From Paraspadella gotoi (Eukaryota; Animalia; Chaetognatha): a DNA stretch of 64,000 nt. The notes beneath the pieces were generated by a model. The model did no database searches. It had not been told where the DNA came from and was given only the letters and a program-made list of their open reading frames with translations. This document shows positions 58,111 to 64,000 of this stretch, piece by piece. Position 1 is the first letter of the stretch; every line of letters starts with the position of its first letter. The stretch is taken from assembly GCA_051294375.1 (NCBI GenBank), contig JBJCIZ010001674.1, forward strand, positions 1 through 64,000, written 5' to 3'. The translations under genes were made by a program, and so were the position numbers.

Positions 58111-61100
58111 TTTTGGCTGGGACTTGCCGTTTTTTTTAATAAAAAATTATTATAAATTACAATGAAGTTTTATAAAAGTGTGCGATCATAGTAAGTTCAA
58201 AATTTAGATATGGCTTCTCATCTTGAAATAGCTCTGAATTTTTCATATTACATTTGGATTCAAGTATTTTTTGTTTGAATTTCCACTTTATTATGAATTA
58301 CTGCAATATGCAAATGAGATTAGAGTACTCATTATAATATCTAAATTAGTATATAGAAATGCTTTAGTCTAATTTACATATTGCAGTAAATAATATTGAA
58401 GATGGAATTCATAAACAAATCTTTGATTCAATAAAAAACATGTAAAATCAAAAGACCTTTTTAATGTGAAGCTATATGACACAATGAAAAATGACATAAC
58501 GTTACTGTTTCGATAATAAAAAAAATTTACTGTTCAATATTATTATATTTCTTTTTATTTTTTTAAACATTATAGTTTCATATGTTGATATACAAAATAT
58601 CAATGCAAAATCTTTTTTTGTTTTTTAGATATGACTGAATATAAGGTGAAAGATGATAAATTTCTTTAAAAAGTTACTTATTCATATTTATTCATAGAAT
58701 TGTAATCGAAAAAAATAAAAAAAATTAATAGTACCAATAGTTAGTGTGATGTCTCAAATAGATAGAAAAAAAACCTCATTTAAAAAATTTCCGAAAAATT
58801 CTTTCGGGAAAAAAAAAAAACCTCGGGAAAAAAAAATTAAAAGCTGGGAAAACTAAGGCTTTTACCAATGGCATCCTCCACGCCGATTGTTCTCTCAATA
58901 ATTTTTTTTATTTAATACATTTGAAAGGGAAAAAAAGAAAATTCAGAATGCAGGTTGCAATAAAGGGTACAGATAATCTGGACTTACTGACATGAATAAC
59001 CATGACCTTTTATATCTTGTGAAATGGGGCAGTAAAGAATCTAAAAAATTCAATCATTAAGTCAGTCAATGAACCCTTTCTAATGGGCTATTATGATAAA
59101 TATTTTTTCTTAATTAAATGGATGATAAATAATAAAATTAAAATTCCTTGCTATATTTAAAAGAAAATTATCAATACAATGATGTCTTGCTTTGTCAAAT
59201 ATATTGCCAGTTATATAATTTTTTAAAACTTTATTATGATAAACAAGCAGTGTGTCAAGCTTTTAGTTTGCAGTTAAAGATAATGAAAAATTCCATATTT
59301 TTTTCACAGACAAGAAGGTAGATGTCCAGACTGTTTATATCAAGCTGAAAACATTTTTGTATTTATCATTTTTGATATTTAAAAAGACATTTTATCAAGC
59401 TAAAACATAAATTTTTGCTTGTTTTTTACTTTAACTTAAAAATATAAGCATTTTATGGAATAAAAAAAATTTAATAATAATCAAAATGTAATTCAGTCTT
59501 TCCTTTTTCAAATTACAAAAAGAAAAAAAAAAAAATCATATGCCTTCATTGAAATTTTTAAAGCAAAATACTGTTATACTTTTAACTCTGATTTTAAACA
59601 AAAGCTGTGTAAAGATTTATGGATTTAATTTAATAAAACTTTTTTAGAAAGGTTGTCCCATGATTAGGGCTTTAATTTGATACCACACCCATCTTGCTAG
59701 CTCTTTTCTTTCAAAAGTTATTAAAAAAAGAACTTTTTTCAAATACGCAGTACAAATCTTTGTTAAATAAAAAATTTGGCAAAGCGGGAGTATCTCACTT
59801 GTTTCTATTGATACAATACTTAAATTTTTAAATACTTGAAGAAAATTTTTTTTGTCATTTAGAGACATATCACTTTCAGGTGTACCCATCGTATAATAAT
59901 TGATTTATTTATTTTCCCAAAAAAAGCCTAATTAAAAAGTTGAAATTTTTTCAAATTGTTGGAAAAAAATTTCCTCTGACCTATGCTCATTGAGAATAAT
60001 GGTTTTGCATAGAAAATCAAAATATCAAAAAAATAAAAAAATCAGCCTCTAGAAAAATTGAAAGGCTAGAGGCTGATTTTTTTAGAATTGCAATTTTTTT
60101 CCTAACTCGAAATTCATTATTCTCAAGTTTCAAAATATTTTTTTCCAAAATCATTCAACAATTTTTTTTTATTAATTTAAAATGTTTTTATGATGTTGTT
60201 TTTGTTTGAAAGAATTGAAAAAAAGTAAAAAATATAGTAATTATATAAGGTTTTTGGAAATACCTCTAAAATATTAGATAATTAGACACAAGGGGAGTAA
60301 GCAGAGAAAACTTCCCATTCATAAAAAAAATTGAAAATGAATTTGTCATATTGTTATTTAGATTAATTGATTAATTACAAACATATGATTCATATAAATT
60401 GAGGAAATGATGGGTAAAAAATATTCATCTTGGTCTCGGTTAACTATTAAGTTATTGTTAAAGTTTTGTTTAAATAATATTAATATTTTTTTTTACATCT
60501 ATAAAAGCAATGGTCTACAATTTTTGTAAGCGTTTCGAGCTATATTGCTTCATCTTTTTTACTATTTTTGATCTAGTTAGCTTTTTTGTTGATGGTCAAG
60601 GGTTATGGTCAGACACAGTAATGTCCAGTAGTGAATATCGCACATATTACCAAAAGTAATAATTAATTTGGCTCAGAAAACAATTTTAAAGGGACAAAAT
60701 CAGCACGAGACAGTACGGTCCACGTTATTTTTCATTGTGTCATATAACTATCATCGTAACATGGTCTAGGTGAAACCAATGTCCTAAACTCTCTCGCCAC
60801 TTCTCTTAAGTAGTCAATAATAATCTTCTCTCAAAAATAAAAAACAATTTCTATCTTTTTTTTGCCGGTTTATGGTTTAACAAACAATGTTTCTAGTTAT
60901 CAAGCTCCATTAGTGAGGCAGTGAAATGTGTATTTATTTTCTGTTTCATATCGATTCAAGTATTTTTTGTTTGAATTTCCACTTCATTATGATTTACTGC
61001 AATATGCAAATTAGATTAAAGTACTTTTTCATTAATTTTCTTTGATAGTAAGGTCGAGATCCTTATACTTTTAAGATTTTTTTATTTGGTTTTTTATTAA

Positions 61101-61554
61101 TTTTTTTCATTCATTCGCTTTTATTTCTTTTGCTTCTTTGTTAATTTTAAAGAGAGAAAGAAAAAGAGAGAAAAAGTAAAATAAGAGGGATTATTTATTG
61201 TTAGCTAAATTGAATATATATTATTACATGGAAAGGCGAAAAAAAGGAAAAAGGTAAAATAAAAGGGTGAAAAAAGGAGAGAAAAGAAAGAGGGAAAGAA
61301 AAAGGGGAAAAGTGAGAAAGAAAAAGAAAGAAACGGGAGGAGTTAATTAAAGGGGAAGGAAGAATAAGAGAGAGATTAGGATAGAAAAAAAAGAAGAAAA
61401 TAACAAAGGTAAAAAGCAGGGAAAAAGTGGAGAAGAGAGAGAGGGGTAAATATATGGTGAGAAGGGGAGAGGAGAATAAGAGAGGATAGGAAAAAATATA
61501 TTTTTTTTAAATTTAAAGATTTCATACCAAAAAATGAAAAAAAAATCATATTTG

Positions 61555-61659
61555 AAAATTAACCGAATTTAACTGTTAAAATAAATATATTAACGGTTAA
61601 GTTAAAATTATTTTTAACCGTTAATAACCGTTAACAGTTAACGGTTATCGGAACTCTAG
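61555..61659 (-). mobile_element. hAT-like transposon end with subterminal AACCG/CGGTT repeats
   Basis: Minus strand TAGAGTTCCGATAACCGTTAAC... with clustered TAACCG motifs; similar motifs border the Gypsy pol at 55305-55339. Confidence 0.4.
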
Positions 61660-64000
61660 TCGCGTGGGATCAACGCTTCCATCCCTTCCTCGATCGGTGC
61701 CATCATAGAGTTGAGTCGATGAATCACATTGCAGCCGATGGCAAAACCGATCGGCCATCGTTATCGGCGGATATCGCCACGCCCACCTTCGCCATCGATT
61801 GTTGCCATTTGAGGCGGGAGTAATTCGACGGCGAATCTCATCTTATTCCTAGGGTCTTATTGATATTGTTCCATGATACTGAAGGAGAAAGCAGTAAACA
61901 ATAAATCATAATCAATGAAAAACGTCTCATCAGAGGCGTGGGTTAAATGTGGTGGCGGGCCGGCGGCTGCCACCACATTTAAGGAAAAAATCATGGATTT
62001 CCAAGTTGAAATCAAAACAAGATTTATCCTGAGATAAAGCTTGACGGAGAGACGCACGCAGGATCAATGCTACTGAAACTAAGGAAGGCTAAGTCTATTT
62101 ATATTTGAGAGAGAGGATCAGAGGCAAGAGTGATTTTGACAGTTCAATGGTTCTTGCAAGCTGATTGGTCGATTCCGTTTCCAGATCAGCCAATCAGCAT
62201 TCAGCGATTTCATTCTGGCGGCGATTGCCCGATCCTCCGATCCGTTTTCGATTCTGGTGAGATTGATCTCCTGCGATGAGCTAATGATCTCAGAATAATA
62301 GTGTGGTCTTTTCATACAATTGAAACATTCTTTGAAATATTTTCCACTTCATTGATAGGGAAGCCAGGTACTCTGGGAGTGAATAAACGGGACTGTGAAA
62401 GAGTCTTGATTGAAAGCTTGTAGGGACCTGCTATGTCATTATCTTGTAAGAGTGATGGAGGCCTTAAACCACCAAAGCCTGTCCAAAGTCAGGGGCAAGA
62501 TAGCTTATTTATTAAATGAATGGATAATTTTTATATTGGTTGTACCAATTTCATATGAATGATAATTAAAATAATGTTTTATTTGTAAACTAATTAACAT
62601 TCAAAACGAATAAGAGTCCGATGATGAATCTCCAGGAAAGTTTCTTTCCAACATTATTAAAAACATTAAGAAAAAAGACTTATAACCCCATTATTAAATC
62701 GTTATTGATTACCTTTAAAGCCATTTGTGACACGAGGAATACGTCATTTACCTCAATCTTTGACGCTCAAATGTCATCTATCGCGCCACTAACTCCATCT
62801 CCGATGCCACCATTCATCGTGGCGCCATCCCTCGGCCGAGTTTCGAAACGGCGTTGATAAGAGGGGAAATCGATTCCCCCTCGAACAAATGAACAGTCGA
62901 GGCGAGACGGTGACCCGTACGCCCTCTGGAGAGGCAATCGGCGCCGGAAATTGAAGAGCGCCACGCGATGAGGGGTCGACAAGGGGGGACCAAGAGTGAT
63001 CTCAGAAAGGGTGGATGACGGGGAAATATGGTCATACATAGCTTCGTGGACAAGTTTATTAGTTGCGCCACGAGTACTCGGTCGGTAAGTCTGTCCATCG
63101 GTCGGTCCCACTTACGTTAAAAATTCTCATAACTCGCCTGTAGTTGGTTGCTCATTTGTTAAGACAAGAAAAAACCTCAAATCTAAGTGACTGCTAGCGA
63201 CACCTTCAGGAAATCCTAAACTATAAAGAACAAAAGATGAAATCCAATGCAGTGCATATTGTGGCAAAAACAACATGCAACCTTACCAGATCAAGAACTG
63301 GTCGAACTCTCTCTTTCTCTCTCTCTCTCTCTCACTCAATCGCCGACCGATCACCACGGTCACCAAGGGTCATCATTGACTCTCTCACCCGGCTCCTCAG
63401 CCGGTTCCTTTGTAAAGTTATTGTTACTGTTTTAGACTTAGCATCGCCACTTGTTGATTTCATATTTGTTGTTTGAGAATAAATCATTCTCGATCTGAAC
63501 TTCGTCTTTTTAATAACTGCCACAATATCATAAATACACGGGCTAAGAAAGTCACTGAGGATTGGATGTAACGATCTTGTTTTAATAAAATTGTGGTCAC
63601 ACGTTGACCACTGGAGTTGGGATGAGGACGTTTTTTTTAGGCTGCGCCTTAATAAAATCACGGACGGAATATTACAGGCAGATCCAAAGGTTTTATTATT
63701 AGTATTCACGTCATCGTCTTGCGCAGAACCTTTTTATGTATATGACAAAGCTAAACAAAGAAAAGACGATTTCGAAGAGAAAAACTGATTAATAACTTGT
63801 AGATAATTAGCCGAGAACAAAATTGAAACCCGAGAAACCTGTTCTTTCTCCCCTTTTTTATATTTTTTTTATTTTGTAGTGAAGAGAAAGTTAATAAAAC
63901 AGATCAAATATAGAGAGAGAGAGCAAATGATTTCGGCCAAAGCGACTGGCCTGTTGGAAATTCATCATTTCCATCAAACTAGTGTCAAGTTATGAAATTA

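Noticed and set aside
61680-63790. Short GC-richer ORFs as host exons (also 2180-2530 and 30816-31264)
   Set aside because: No recognisable domain or consistent splice structure; cannot be supported without homology or RNA data.

Overview
AT-rich, gap-containing eukaryotic (probably invertebrate) scaffold made almost entirely of transposable elements; no host gene can be called with confidence. Parts (about 33-46 kb) are indel-rich, like poorly polished long reads. Contents: the 3' end of a Ty3/Gypsy element (1-625); Penelope-like fragments with hammerhead motifs; a degenerate BEL/Pao derivative (5.9-10.2 kb); a near-complete BEL/Pao element on the minus strand (10.2-20.4 kb) with an in-frame UGA between gag and pol, a probably spliced third ORF and a five-hairpin 3' array; and a Ty3/Gypsy element (47.2-55.3 kb, second copy 35.2-41.3 kb) with a RanBP1/PH-like accessory ORF behind an internal LTR copy. 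Main discovery: a tiny non-coding LTR element (about 232-bp LTRs, about 195-bp internal region with tRNA-Trp-like PBS and PPT, 4-bp TSDs, two independent insertions) whose LTRs each contain a type-P5 twister ribozyme, i.e. a candidate twister-based LTR retrozyme. All calls were made by eye; no searches or folding programs were run.
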